From positions 18,403 to 82,402 of the forward strand of contig JAGPVP010000019.1 of the NCBI GenBank assembly GCA_018066965.1: DNA of 64,000 nucleotides, given 5' to 3'. The DNA comes from Zhongshania sp. (lineage in GTDB: Bacteria; Pseudomonadota; Gammaproteobacteria; Pseudomonadales; Spongiibacteraceae). Below, piece by piece: positions 46,051 through 55,603 of the stretch. The notes under the pieces are model-generated. The model was given only the letters and a program-made list of their open reading frames with translations, was not told the origin of the DNA and ran no database searches. The position numbers were made by a program, and so were the translations under genes. Every line of letters starts with the position of its first letter. Position 1 is the first letter of the stretch.

Positions 46051-46797
46051 TTACTCGGCGGCGCTTTCGCCTTCTGGTGCGGCAACTTCAACAAACTCGT
46101 CTTTAGCAACAACATCGTTTGCAGCCGCGTTAATAGCAACATCGGCAACGGCAGTTACATACAATTTAATGGCACGAATCGCATCATCGTTACCTGGAAT
46201 AACAAAATCTACGCCATCTGGGTTGCTGTTGGTATCAACGATACCAAATACTGGAATGCCCAGTTTGTTCGCTTCCTGGATTGCAATACGCTCGTGATCA
46301 ACATCGATAACGAACAGTGCATCAGGCAGGCCAGACATGTCTTTAATACCGCCGATAGAGCGCTCTAGCTTCTCCATATCGCGGCGACGCATCAGCGCTT
46401 CTTTCTTAGTTAATTTGTCAAACGTACCATCTAGGCTTTGCGCTTCAAGTTCACGCAGGCGACGTACTGATTGACGGATAGTTTTGTAGTTAGTGAGCAT
46501 GCCGCCCAACCAACGATGGCTAACAAAAGGCATGCCAGCACGAGCAGCCTGCTCGCCAATAATCTTGCTTGCAGCACGCTTAGTGCCAACAAACAAAATC
46601 TTGTTCTTGTTTGCGGCCATTTTAGCAATAGCATCCAGCGCGTTATTCATTGCTGGAACAGTGTGCTCAAGGTTAATAATGTGGATCTTGTTACGTGCAC
46701 CAACATTGAAAGGAGCCATTTTTGGGTTCCAGTAACGAGTCTGGTGACCCAAGTGAACGCCGGCTTGCAGCATTTCACGCATACTTACATGAGACAT
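46051..46797 (-). CDS. rpsB: 30S ribosomal protein S2
   Basis: [44 protein letters not shown]. Confidence 0.98.
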   Translation of the reverse strand: MSHVSMREMLQAGVHLGHQTRYWNPKMAPFNVGARNKIHIINLEHTVPAMNNALDAIAKMAANKNKILFVGTKRAASKIIGEQAARAGMPFVSHRWLGGMLTNYKTIRQSVRRLRELEAQSLDGTFDKLTKKEALMRRRDMEKLERSIGGIKDMSGLPDALFVIDVDHERIAIQEANKLGIPVFGIVDTNSNPDGVDFVIPGNDDAIRAIKLYVTAVADVAINAAANDVVAKDEFVEVAAPEGESAAE

Positions 46798-46814
46798 GAT
46801 ATTTCCTTAATTAA

Positions 46815-46905
46815 CATCGGGTTACAAACTTGCAGAAATCCCATAACCCAACCCCAACTCACGTTGAAGCACCCGGGATTACGTGCCGATTCCTGCGCGT
46901 CATTA
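46815..46905 (-). ncRNA. t44: t44 RNA / rpsB leader (S2 autoregulatory element)
   Basis: Minus strand ...GCAGGAATCGGCACGTAATCCCGGGTGC...GGGGTTGGGTTATGGGATTTCTGC...TAACCCG matches the t44 architecture (GGGTG core, complementary flanks, TAACCC end) directly upstream of rpsB. Ends are approximate. Confidence 0.75.
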
Positions 46906-46930
46906 ATCCAATAATAGCTCGGGCCATTAT

Positions 46931-46952
46931 TGGGGCGCGTATTTATACCACA
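46931..46952 (-). promoter_or_regulatory. rpsB extended -10 promoter with GC-rich discriminator
   Basis: Minus strand TGTGGTATAAATACGCGCCCC, similar to the conserved gammaproteobacterial rpsB promoter TGTGGTATAAAGCGCGCC. Confidence 0.75.
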
Positions 46953-47083
46953 GCACCCCTTTTACATAAAGCACAAACCGCTTTTCACGCTAAAATTCCG
47001 CGATGCCTTCGCTACCCATAAAGCGATGGTTTACAATAGCCGGCTTTGAAATGTCAGACGAAGCCGCGCACCGGTATAGCCCT

Positions 47084-47878
47084 ATGAATGTAAGTATTAA
47101 AACCCCAGAACAAATCGCCGCCATGCGCATCGCTGGCCGGCTCGCAGCCGATGTACTGGAAATGATCACCCCCTTTGTCAAAGCGGGGATCAGCACGGGA
47201 GAGCTAGACAAGATTTGCCATGACTACATAGTAGATGTGCAAAATGCCATCCCAGCACCGCTAAATTACAACGGCTTTCCCAAGTCCGTTTGCACCTCGG
47301 TCAACGAAGTAATTTGCCACGGCATTCCCTCTGACAAGAAAATACTGAAAGATGGCGACATTCTTAATATCGATGTTACCGTCATAAAAGACGGCTGGCA
47401 TGGCGACACCAACCGCATGTATTACGTCGGCAACGTCCCTGAGCACGCCAAGCGCCTGTGCGAAGTCACCCAAGAATGCCTATACCAAGCCATCGCATTA
47501 GTTAAACCCGGTTGCACACTTAGCGAGATCGGCACCATTATTGCTAAACACGCACGGAGCAAGCACTACAGCGTGGTAGAGGAATACTGTGGCCACGGCA
47601 TCGGCCAGATCTTCCACGAAGACCCTCAAGTGCTGCACTACGGCGAAGGCTATAACCGCCGCAACGACCTCGTATTAAAAGAAGGCATGACCTTCACCAT
47701 TGAACCGATGATCAATGCTGGCAAAAAACAAACCAAACTCAATACCAACGACGGCTGGACTGTTACCACCCGCGACCGCCGACTTTCCGCGCAATGGGAA
47801 CACACCATGGCGGTAACTGCAGACGGTGTCGAAGTTCTCACCGCTCGTCCAGACGAGCCTTTTTACCGAGAGTTATAA
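47084..47878 (+). CDS. map: type I methionine aminopeptidase
   Basis: CTSVNEVICHGIP, NIDVT, HGDT, YCGHGIG, FTIEPMIN, SAQWEHT. ATG 47084 lies downstream of a TACAAT at 47032. Confidence 0.98.
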   Translation: MNVSIKTPEQIAAMRIAGRLAADVLEMITPFVKAGISTGELDKICHDYIVDVQNAIPAPLNYNGFPKSVCTSVNEVICHGIPSDKKILKDGDILNIDVTVIKDGWHGDTNRMYYVGNVPEHAKRLCEVTQECLYQAIALVKPGCTLSEIGTIIAKHARSKHYSVVEEYCGHGIGQIFHEDPQVLHYGEGYNRRNDLVLKEGMTFTIEPMINAGKKQTKLNTNDGWTVTTRDRRLSAQWEHTMAVTADGVEVLTARPDEPFYREL

Positions 47879-50532
47879 TGAGTCAAACTGCACTACCGGA
47901 TATCCACGCCCTGCCCCAGCCCGGCCAGTCAATTAAGACCTATAAAAACTACCTCAAAACGCTGGCATCTGACCTAAAGACGCGCTTTGAAGCCGACGAA
48001 GATATTCGCACGCTGGTCACATTACGATCAAAACGCATCGACGAATTATTACAGGGCATTTGGCAAAGCTACCAATGGGGCGACGACATCGCCTTAATCG
48101 CGGTTGGCGGCTATGGTCGCGGGGAATTGCATCCCTACTCAGATATCGATCTACTGATTTTGACCAGTGATGAACACCACGACTACCGGGAAAATATTGA
48201 GGGCTTAATCACCCTACTCTGGGACATCAACCTAGAAATAGGCCACAGCGTACGCAGCCTAAGTGAATGCTGCCAAACTGCGGCAGACGACATTACCGTT
48301 GCCACTAATTTAATGGAATCCCGCACCTTGGCGGGCAACCCCACCTTACACAGCGAGTTAATGACCAAGGTTGGCCCTGAGAACATTTGGCCAAGCAGCG
48401 ACTTTTTCCGTGCAAAGTGGGACGAGCAAATATCTCGCCACCGCAAATTCGCCAACTCTGAATACAATCTAGAGCCCAATGTTAAGAGCTCGCCCGGCGG
48501 CCTGCGCGACATCCAAATGATTGGCTGGGTGGTTAAGCGCCATTTTGGCGCCCAATCTATTGACGAGTTAGCCGAACGCCAATTCCTTAGCAAAGAAGAA
48601 CTGGACACCTTAAAGGAAGGCCAAGATTTTCTGTGGAAGATGCGATTTGCGCTGCATCTGCTAGCGGGTCGCGAAGAAGACCGCCTGCTATTTGATCACC
48701 AGCGCACGCTGGCCGAACAATTTGGCTTTACCGACCGCGACGGCAAGCTTGCCGTAGAACAATTTATGCAGCAATACTATCGCTGGGCGATGCATCTGGG
48801 CGAGCTGAACGACGTACTGATGCAACACTTTGACGAAACCATTCTGCGCGCCTGCGAGGCAGAAACCGTCTTCGAAATTAACAGCCGCTTCCGAGTTCGC
48901 AACGGCCATATCGAAGTATGCAATGCCAAAGTATTTAACAAAACGCCCTCCGCAATAATGGAAATTTTTGTATTAATGGCGAGTAATAACGCCATTGACG
49001 GCGTCCGTGCCAGTACGATTCGACTCATCCGCAAATCTCACCATTTAATTGATAACCGCTTTCGCGCTGACCCTAAAAACAAGCGCTACTTTTTAGAGCT
49101 ACTGCGGTCACCGCAGCGAGTCACACTCAATCTTCGCCGTATGAAACGTTTTGGCGTACTCGATAAATTTATTCCAGCTTTTGCTGGCATTGTCGGCCAA
49201 ATGCAGCACGACTTATTTCATATTTATTCGGTCGACGCGCACACCTTAGAGCTGATTAAAAACATCAGCCGCTTCCGCTATCCCAGTATGGTGGAAAAGT
49301 ACCCAATGGCCTGCCGAATTATGCAGCGCTTACCCAAACCCGAATTATTGTATTTGGCCGGCTTGTTTCACGATATTGCCAAGGGCCGTGGCGGTGACCA
49401 TTCCAGCTTGGGCGCCATTGATGCGCGGGAATTTTGCGAACATTTAGGCATGAACAAGCGCGACAGCAATCTGGTGGCATGGCTGGTTGAAAAGCACCTA
49501 GAAATGTCATCAGTCTCCCAGCGCAAAGACATTCAAGACCCAGAGGTTATCCGCGACTTCGCCCTCACCATGGGCGACATCCAGCACCTCGACTATTTAT
49601 TCTGCCTTACTGTCGCCGACATCAATGCCACCAACCCCACCCTGTGGACGTCGTGGCGCGCCTCTTTGATGCGTCAACTTTATGCTGAAACACGACGGGC
49701 ATTGCGCCGCGGGCTAGAAAACCCTATCGACAAGCAGGAGTGGATTGCCGAAACCCAATTCGGCGCCATCGAAAAGCTCGAGGATTACGGTTTTACCGAA
49801 ACGGAAATTCGCACTTTGTGGGCAGATACCGGCGAAGACTATTTTATTCGTGAGCAAGTCGACGACATCGTTTGGCACACCCGCGCCATCGCCAGCCGAG
49901 TCAAAGAAAATGCGACAGTAGTATTAGTAAAAGAAGGCGGCTTACTGGATCACGCAGGCGTGACCCAAATATTCGTTCATACCCGCGCGCGTGTCGGCTT
50001 ATTTGCCATGCTCGCTGAAGCGATGGAACAGCTTGATTTAAGCATTCAAGACGCCCGGATTTACAATAGCGGGGTCGGCTACACCTTAGACACCTTCTAC
50101 GTTCTGGGTGCAGATGGCGAATCCATTGGCGACAACCCCAGCCGCATCGCCCACATTATTGAATTTATGCGCGAACACTTAGAACACCCCGAGCGTTTTT
50201 CTGCGGTCAGCCGGCGCACGCCGCGTCAAATGCGGCTATTTTCTACACCAACCCGCACCAGCATGATCACTGACTTGAACAAAGGTCAAACCGTGCTTGA
50301 AGTCATAACCCCAGACCGCCCCGGCCTATTGGCCCGTCTCGCGCGTATTTTTAATCAGTATCATATACAACTTCAAAACGCGAAAATCGCCACCCTCGGC
50401 GAACGGGTAGAAGACGTATTTTTTATTACCGACGAAAACCAACGCCCCATAGACGACCCCAAACTTTGCGAAGAAATACAGCAGGCGATCTGCCGCGAAC
50501 TCGATGAAAAGGCAAAAAGCAAAGCACTATGA
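47878..50532 (+). CDS. glnD: [protein-PII] uridylyltransferase
   Basis: AVGGYGRGELHPYSDIDL, LEPNVKSSPGGLRD, HD domain (FHDIAKGRGGDHS), ACT domains. TAATG coupling with map. Confidence 0.97.
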   Translation: MSQTALPDIHALPQPGQSIKTYKNYLKTLASDLKTRFEADEDIRTLVTLRSKRIDELLQGIWQSYQWGDDIALIAVGGYGRGELHPYSDIDLLILTSDEHHDYRENIEGLITLLWDINLEIGHSVRSLSECCQTAADDITVATNLMESRTLAGNPTLHSELMTKVGPENIWPSSDFFRAKWDEQISRHRKFANSEYNLEPNVKSSPGGLRDIQMIGWVVKRHFGAQSIDELAERQFLSKEELDTLKEGQDFLWKMRFALHLLAGREEDRLLFDHQRTLAEQFGFTDRDGKLAVEQFMQQYYRWAMHLGELNDVLMQHFDETILRACEAETVFEINSRFRVRNGHIEVCNAKVFNKTPSAIMEIFVLMASNNAIDGVRASTIRLIRKSHHLIDNRFRADPKNKRYFLELLRSPQRVTLNLRRMKRFGVLDKFIPAFAGIVGQMQHDLFHIYSVDAHTLELIKNISRFRYPSMVEKYPMACRIMQRLPKPELLYLAGLFHDIAKGRGGDHSSLGAIDAREFCEHLGMNKRDSNLVAWLVEKHLEMSSVSQRKDIQDPEVIRDFALTMGDIQHLDYLFCLTVADINATNPTLWTSWRASLMRQLYAETRRALRRGLENPIDKQEWIAETQFGAIEKLEDYGFTETEIRTLWADTGEDYFIREQVDDIVWHTRAIASRVKENATVVLVKEGGLLDHAGVTQIFVHTRARVGLFAMLAEAMEQLDLSIQDARIYNSGVGYTLDTFYVLGADGESIGDNPSRIAHIIEFMREHLEHPERFSAVSRRTPRQMRLFSTPTRTSMITDLNKGQTVLEVITPDRPGLLARLARIFNQYHIQLQNAKIATLGERVEDVFFITDENQRPIDDPKLCEEIQQAICRELDEKAKSKAL

Positions 50533-51746
50533 ACCAAAATTTAAAGGCACTACAGGCCTACCCATTTGAAAAATTGCGGGACTTATTTAACGACATTGCG
50601 CCGCCTGCGCTGCCACACATAGCGCTATCTATCGGCGAACCAAAACATCAGTCCCCCGACTTTGTCAGCGCAACTATTAGCCAAAATTTAGCTAAATTAA
50701 GCAACTATCCCACCACCAAAGGGATTCCAGAATTACGCCAGACGATATCAAGCTGGACCTGCCAGCGTTTTAATTTAACGGCGCTAAATCCAGAAACCCA
50801 AATACTACCCGTCAATGGCACCCGCGAAGCCTTGTTTGCCTTCGCACAAACCGTGGTCAACGCCGCGCCAGACGCGCTAGTGTGCAGCCCCAATCCGTTT
50901 TACCAAATTTACGAAGGGGCCGCCCTGCTCGCTGGCGCGCAGCCCGAATTCTTAGCGTGTCGTTCTGAAAATGGGTTTATTCCCGACTTTGACGCCGTGA
51001 GTAGCGAGGTATGGCAGCGCTGCCAGTTGCTGTTCATTTGTACGCCGGGCAACCCCAGCGGCGCAGTCATGACCCGCTCGCAACTGCAGAAATTAATCAC
51101 CCTCGCCGACCAGTATGATTTTGTCATTGCCAGTGACGAGTGCTATTCAGAACTTTATTTTGACGAAAGCAATCCACCACTCGGATTGCTACAGGCCTGC
51201 GCCGAAATCGGCCGCAATGACTACCACCGCTGCGTGGTATTTCACAGCCTGTCAAAACGTTCAAACCTACCGGGTCTACGCTCTGGCTTTGTAGCTGGCG
51301 ACGCGGACATTCTTAAAGACTTTTTGCTATATCGCACCTACCACGGCTGCGCCATGCCGGTACAACATCAATTAGCCAGCATTGCCGCGTGGAATGACGA
51401 AGCCCACGTAGTTGCTAACCGCGACCTTTACCGACAAAAATTCAGTGACGTTTTGGCGATTCTCGATGGCTGCCTCGATGTCAGCCAGCCCGATGCCTCG
51501 TTCTACTTATGGGCTAAAACCCCGATAGCCGACACCGACTTTGCCCGCGGTTTGTTCGCCCAGCAACACGTCACCGTGCTACCCGGCAGCTATTTATCCC
51601 GCGAAGTCGACGGCTACAACCCCGGTGCCAATTACGTGCGTATGGCACTGGTCGCCGAGCCCGAGCAGTGCGCAGAAGGTGCACGACGCATTAAAGCCTA
51701 TGTAAAAAGCCTGAACGCACATTCAACAAACAAGCAAGGCCATTAA
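50529..51746 (+). CDS. dapC: succinyldiaminopimelate transaminase
   Basis: YPFEKL, LSIGEPKH, NGTREALF, SLSKRSNLPGLRSG, YRTYHGCAM; glnD-dapD context. Confidence 0.94.
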   Translation: MNQNLKALQAYPFEKLRDLFNDIAPPALPHIALSIGEPKHQSPDFVSATISQNLAKLSNYPTTKGIPELRQTISSWTCQRFNLTALNPETQILPVNGTREALFAFAQTVVNAAPDALVCSPNPFYQIYEGAALLAGAQPEFLACRSENGFIPDFDAVSSEVWQRCQLLFICTPGNPSGAVMTRSQLQKLITLADQYDFVIASDECYSELYFDESNPPLGLLQACAEIGRNDYHRCVVFHSLSKRSNLPGLRSGFVAGDADILKDFLLYRTYHGCAMPVQHQLASIAAWNDEAHVVANRDLYRQKFSDVLAILDGCLDVSQPDASFYLWAKTPIADTDFARGLFAQQHVTVLPGSYLSREVDGYNPGANYVRMALVAEPEQCAEGARRIKAYVKSLNAHSTNKQGH

Positions 51747-52400
51747 ATGCTAAAGAAAGAACGTGCGGCCTACATTGCTCAGCGCCTGCAGGAGCTATAC
51801 CCAGAACAGCTCATACCACTGGATCATAAAGATCCCTACACCTTACTAGTTGCGGTATTACTTTCCGCCCAGTGCACCGATGCGCGGGTCAATCAAATCA
51901 CGCCAGCGTTATTTGAACTGGCCGACAACCCCTTTGACATGGCCAAGCAGAACGTCGAGATTATCCGCGCCATCATTCGCCCCTGCGGTTTGTCACCACA
52001 AAAATCCAGCGCCATCAAACGCCTGTCAGAAATTCTGGTCGATAAATATAAAGGGGTCGTTCCTCAAAATATGGCGGCCCTAGAAACCCTGCCGGGCGTT
52101 GGCCACAAAACCGCGAGCGTAGTTATGGCACAGGCGTTTGGAGTTCCTACTTTTCCAGTCGACACTCACATCCACAGACTTGCCCAGCGCTGGGGATTGA
52201 CCACCGGCAGAAACGTGGTGCAAACAGAAAAAGACCTCAAATCCCTATTTCCAAAAAACAGCTGGAACGCACTCCACCTGCAAATCATTTTTTATGGTCG
52301 CGAGTATTGCAGCGCCAGAGGCTGCGATGGTCGGGTATGTGAGATATGCACCACCTGCTACCCCCTCCGCAGAAAACCCAAGCTAGTTCATAAGCCGTAG
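51747..52400 (+). CDS. nth: endonuclease III (HhH-GPD glycosylase)
   Basis: LLVAVLLSAQCTD, LPGVGHKTA (catalytic Lys), FPVDTH (catalytic Asp), C-terminal Cys cluster. Confidence 0.9.
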   Translation: MLKKERAAYIAQRLQELYPEQLIPLDHKDPYTLLVAVLLSAQCTDARVNQITPALFELADNPFDMAKQNVEIIRAIIRPCGLSPQKSSAIKRLSEILVDKYKGVVPQNMAALETLPGVGHKTASVVMAQAFGVPTFPVDTHIHRLAQRWGLTTGRNVVQTEKDLKSLFPKNSWNALHLQIIFYGREYCSARGCDGRVCEICTTCYPLRRKPKLVHKP

Positions 52401-52505
52401 CCAATGATATTTAAAGCGGGGCAATGCGCCGTGATCGAGGCCGGAGAATTTGTTATCCTTGTGGGCTGAATTTTCCGCCCGATCTCAGCAATAAAGAGAA
52501 TACGC

Positions 52506-52865
52506 ATGAGCACAACACTCTACGGCATCAAAAACTGCGATACCGTTCGCGCAGCAAGGCGCTGGCTAGAAGAGCATAAAGTCGATTTTACATTCCACGA
52601 CGTTCGCGATGCGCCGCTCAGCACAGCACAACTTAAAGACTGGCTGAATCAGCTAGGGCTAGATGCTTTGGTGAATAAACGTAGCACCACCTGGAAACAA
52701 CTCTCTGCCCCGCAGCGCGACACTTTAAATCCAGAAAGCGCAATTGAGTTACTGTTGGAGCATCCAACCCTAATGAAGCGCCCTCTACTCGACACCGGTA
52801 GCGCCCTGCACCTCGGCTTTAAAGCGGCTAATTATCAAGCGCTGTTCACTCATCACACCCTTTAA
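52506..52865 (+). CDS. ArsC/Spx-family thioredoxin-fold protein (YffB-like)
   Basis: LYGIKNCDTV, LVNKRSTTWKQL, PTLMKRPLL, LGF. Confidence 0.92.
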   Translation: MSTTLYGIKNCDTVRAARRWLEEHKVDFTFHDVRDAPLSTAQLKDWLNQLGLDALVNKRSTTWKQLSAPQRDTLNPESAIELLLEHPTLMKRPLLDTGSALHLGFKAANYQALFTHHTL

Positions 52866-52886
52866 ATCATCACAAGAGACACAGTA

Positions 52887-53924
52887 ATGACTCAAACAAC
52901 TTTCGCATTCGGCCTCGGTCTTGGCACTCAAAACAGCAAAGGCGAATGGCTGGACACGTTTTACCCAAGCCCGCTGCTAAACCCAACTGCCGAGCTGATT
53001 AGCGCCGTACAAGCGCTAATCGCACCGCTGCAAGGGAATACCGCCGTTGCCGTAAGTAATGAACAAATGGCCCAAATCGCCGACGCGATCTCAGCCACTG
53101 ACAACGCCGCACAAGCCGCCATTGCCGCGCAACTTGCCACTGGCAACCAAGCCTTGGTTGTCACCTTACTAAGCAGCGACGATGCGCCAGGATCAGTACC
53201 CGAAGGCTATTTGAAACTACATTTGCTATCGCATCGCCTTGTTAAGCCTCATAGCATTAACTTAACGGGCTTATTCGGCGTACTACCCAATGTTGCGTGG
53301 ACAAATCAAGGCGCTATCGACATCAGCGAGCTACAGGAGCGCCAACTGCAAGCCCGCTTAAAAGGCGAACTAGTCGAAGTTATGTCAGTGGACAAATTCC
53401 CCAAAATGACTAATTACGTGGTTCCGACGGGTGTTCGTATTGCCCACACAGCACGCGTGCGCCTCGGCGCCTACTTAGGTGAAGGCACCACCATTATGCA
53501 CGAGGGCTTCGTTAACTTTAACGCCGGCACCGAAGGTCCTGGCATGATCGAAGGCCGTATTTCTGCGGGCGTCATGGTTGGCTCCGGCTCTGACCTCGGT
53601 GGTGGTTGCTCTACCATGGGCACACTGTCCGGCGGCAACAACATTATTATTTCAGTCGGTAAAGAGTGCCTTATTGGCGCCAACGCCGGTGTCGGTATTC
53701 CATTGGGTGATCGCTGCACCATCGAAGCGGGTCTCTATATTACCGCTGGCTCAGTGCTGACTATGATCGACGCTGATGGCGCCGTAGCAGGCACCACCAA
53801 GGCCCGCGAACTATCCGGTCAATCTGATTTGTTATTCCGCCGCAACTCTAAAAACGGTGCCATTGAGGTATTAACCAACAAATCCGCGATCGCACTAAAC
53901 GAGATGCTGCACGCCCACAACTAA
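52887..53924 (+). CDS. dapD: tetrahydrodipicolinate N-succinyltransferase (Pseudomonas/actinobacterial type)
   Basis: YLKLHLLSHRLVKPH, VDKFPKMTNYVVP, MHEGFVNFNAGT, LFRRNS, LHAHN. Confidence 0.96.
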   Translation: MTQTTFAFGLGLGTQNSKGEWLDTFYPSPLLNPTAELISAVQALIAPLQGNTAVAVSNEQMAQIADAISATDNAAQAAIAAQLATGNQALVVTLLSSDDAPGSVPEGYLKLHLLSHRLVKPHSINLTGLFGVLPNVAWTNQGAIDISELQERQLQARLKGELVEVMSVDKFPKMTNYVVPTGVRIAHTARVRLGAYLGEGTTIMHEGFVNFNAGTEGPGMIEGRISAGVMVGSGSDLGGGCSTMGTLSGGNNIIISVGKECLIGANAGVGIPLGDRCTIEAGLYITAGSVLTMIDADGAVAGTTKARELSGQSDLLFRRNSKNGAIEVLTNKSAIALNEMLHAHN

Positions 53925-53943
53925 GCTGCATTTCTAGGATGAC

Positions 53944-53961
53944 GCCCCGCATTCGCGGGGC
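53944..53961 (+). terminator. GC-rich hairpin after dapD
   Basis: GCCCCGC-ATTC-GCGGGGC, 19 nt after the stop; weak U-tail. Confidence 0.5.
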
Positions 53962-54087
53962 AAATCCTCCCTTCTGGTGAACTCCTCGCCCTTGAACTAC
54001 TCTATAAACTGAATCGCTTAACTCGCGTTTGTCTATATTCATGTTTTTTATCAGGGATTTAAGCAGCAACTAATTCAGGAGAGTGAT

Positions 54088-54273
54088 ATGGAATTTCAGA
54101 TTACCGGCGTCTTAGGATTTCTAATTTTTATTGCCGATATTTGGGCCATTCTCAACATTGTGCAAAGTCGGGAAACCTCTGCCACCAAATTACTTTGGAT
54201 CGTATTGATCCTATTCCTGCCATTGCTCGGCTTACTGATCTGGTGGTTTGCCGGCCCCCGCGAGCGCGGCTGA
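54088..54273 (+). CDS. PLDc N-terminal domain small membrane protein
   Basis: Two TM segments, D.WAI.NI, K.LWIVLILFLPLLG..IWW.AGPR; AGGAG RBS. Confidence 0.87.
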   Translation: MEFQITGVLGFLIFIADIWAILNIVQSRETSATKLLWIVLILFLPLLGLLIWWFAGPRERG

Positions 54274-54529
54274 CCCGCGCTCCCACCTTACCCAGCGGTA
54301 TTGCTGCATCGTCATGTTTTTAAACATTGGAAGTTAATGTATCGGTATTGCTCTGATTTACATCGGGATCACCGAGAAAACACACGAATACACAGAACTG
54401 GCAAAACCAATCTCGCAGGGTGAACGTAACCCATACTTAACGTAAGCTAGGAATACTTGCGCTGCGCCATTACCGATCATTTTTCAAACACGGATTGGGC
54501 ACTCAACTTTCAACAAAAAAGACAATTCA

Positions 54530-55603
54530 ATGGAAACCAATCTACATAACAAATCCGACTGGGCAATTAAAATCATTGCCATACTTGCCGTGCTATACAC
54601 ATTGCAAGTGGCAAGAGATGTGATGCTACCCATCACACTTGCACTCATTTTTGCACTCTTACTCGCGCCGGCCGTTAGCCGCCTACAGGGTATTGGTCTG
54701 CCGCGTAGCATTGGCGCCATCATCATTATGACCATTGGCTTAGGGGTCATCGCTGGCGGCGTATATGCCTTAGCCTCACCCGCCAGCGAGTGGCTGCAAC
54801 GTGTACCTGAAGCCGTTGAGGTGTTGCGCGACCAACTCAGTGACGTCAACACCGACAGCGCCAACGTTGACGCCGCCAGCCGCAGCATCGATTCACTGGC
54901 GAATGAATTCAGTACCGACTCCAACAACCCACAATTGACCCAAGTAGTAATTGCTGACGCCGGCTGGCGTTCGGAGCTAGGCGAAATCGCTAAGAACTTC
55001 GGCGTTTACGGCACGCTCAGCATTATTCTGCTGTTCTTCTTACTAACGTCGGGCGAAGCCTTAATGAAGCGCTTCATCCGCAGCCTACCCACCCAAAATG
55101 ACAAGGCCGTAGTAACGCGAATTGCGGAACTCGCGCAGACCCAAATGTCGCGTTACCTCATGACAATAACCGCCGTTAATACCGCCGTTGGCGCTGTAAC
55201 CGCGCTAGGCCTATGGCTGGCGGGCTTTCCTGACCCCGCACTATGGGGTGCCGTCGCCGCGCTGCTGCGCTATATCCCTTATCTCGGCGTCAGTATCACC
55301 ATCATTCTGTTTACCATCGTCAGTGCCGTTAGCTATGGCAGCCCCGCAGCCATTATTGCGGCCCCGCTGTCATACGGTTTATTTACGGCGTTCACCGGTC
55401 AGTTTATTGATCCTTTCGTCCACGGTATGCGATTTAGCCTAAATCCTATCGTGGTATTTTTATGGATATTTTTCTGGGGTTGGTTATGGGGCGCACCAGG
55501 CGTGCTACTTGCTGTGCCTTTGCTAACACTGTTTCAAGTGGTTTGCCAACACACCGAACGCCTATTACCTGTTGCTCACATCATCGGAGATAGCAATGAA
55601 TAA
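54530..55603 (+). CDS. AI-2E family transporter (PerM/TqsA)
   Basis: LPITLALIFALLLAP, SRYL, LRYIPYLG, SLNP..VFL..FFWGWLWG..GVLLAVPL. Confidence 0.92.
   Translation: METNLHNKSDWAIKIIAILAVLYTLQVARDVMLPITLALIFALLLAPAVSRLQGIGLPRSIGAIIIMTIGLGVIAGGVYALASPASEWLQRVPEAVEVLRDQLSDVNTDSANVDAASRSIDSLANEFSTDSNNPQLTQVVIADAGWRSELGEIAKNFGVYGTLSIILLFFLLTSGEALMKRFIRSLPTQNDKAVVTRIAELAQTQMSRYLMTITAVNTAVGAVTALGLWLAGFPDPALWGAVAALLRYIPYLGVSITIILFTIVSAVSYGSPAAIIAAPLSYGLFTAFTGQFIDPFVHGMRFSLNPIVVFLWIFFWGWLWGAPGVLLAVPLLTLFQVVCQHTERLLPVAHIIGDSNE

Noticed and set aside
47794-47877. Long N-terminal extensions in the ORF track (glnD here; also map, ndk, hscB, frr, lpxB, C26)
   Set aside because: They overlap upstream genes or promoters; downstream starts with RBS or stop-start coupling fit better.
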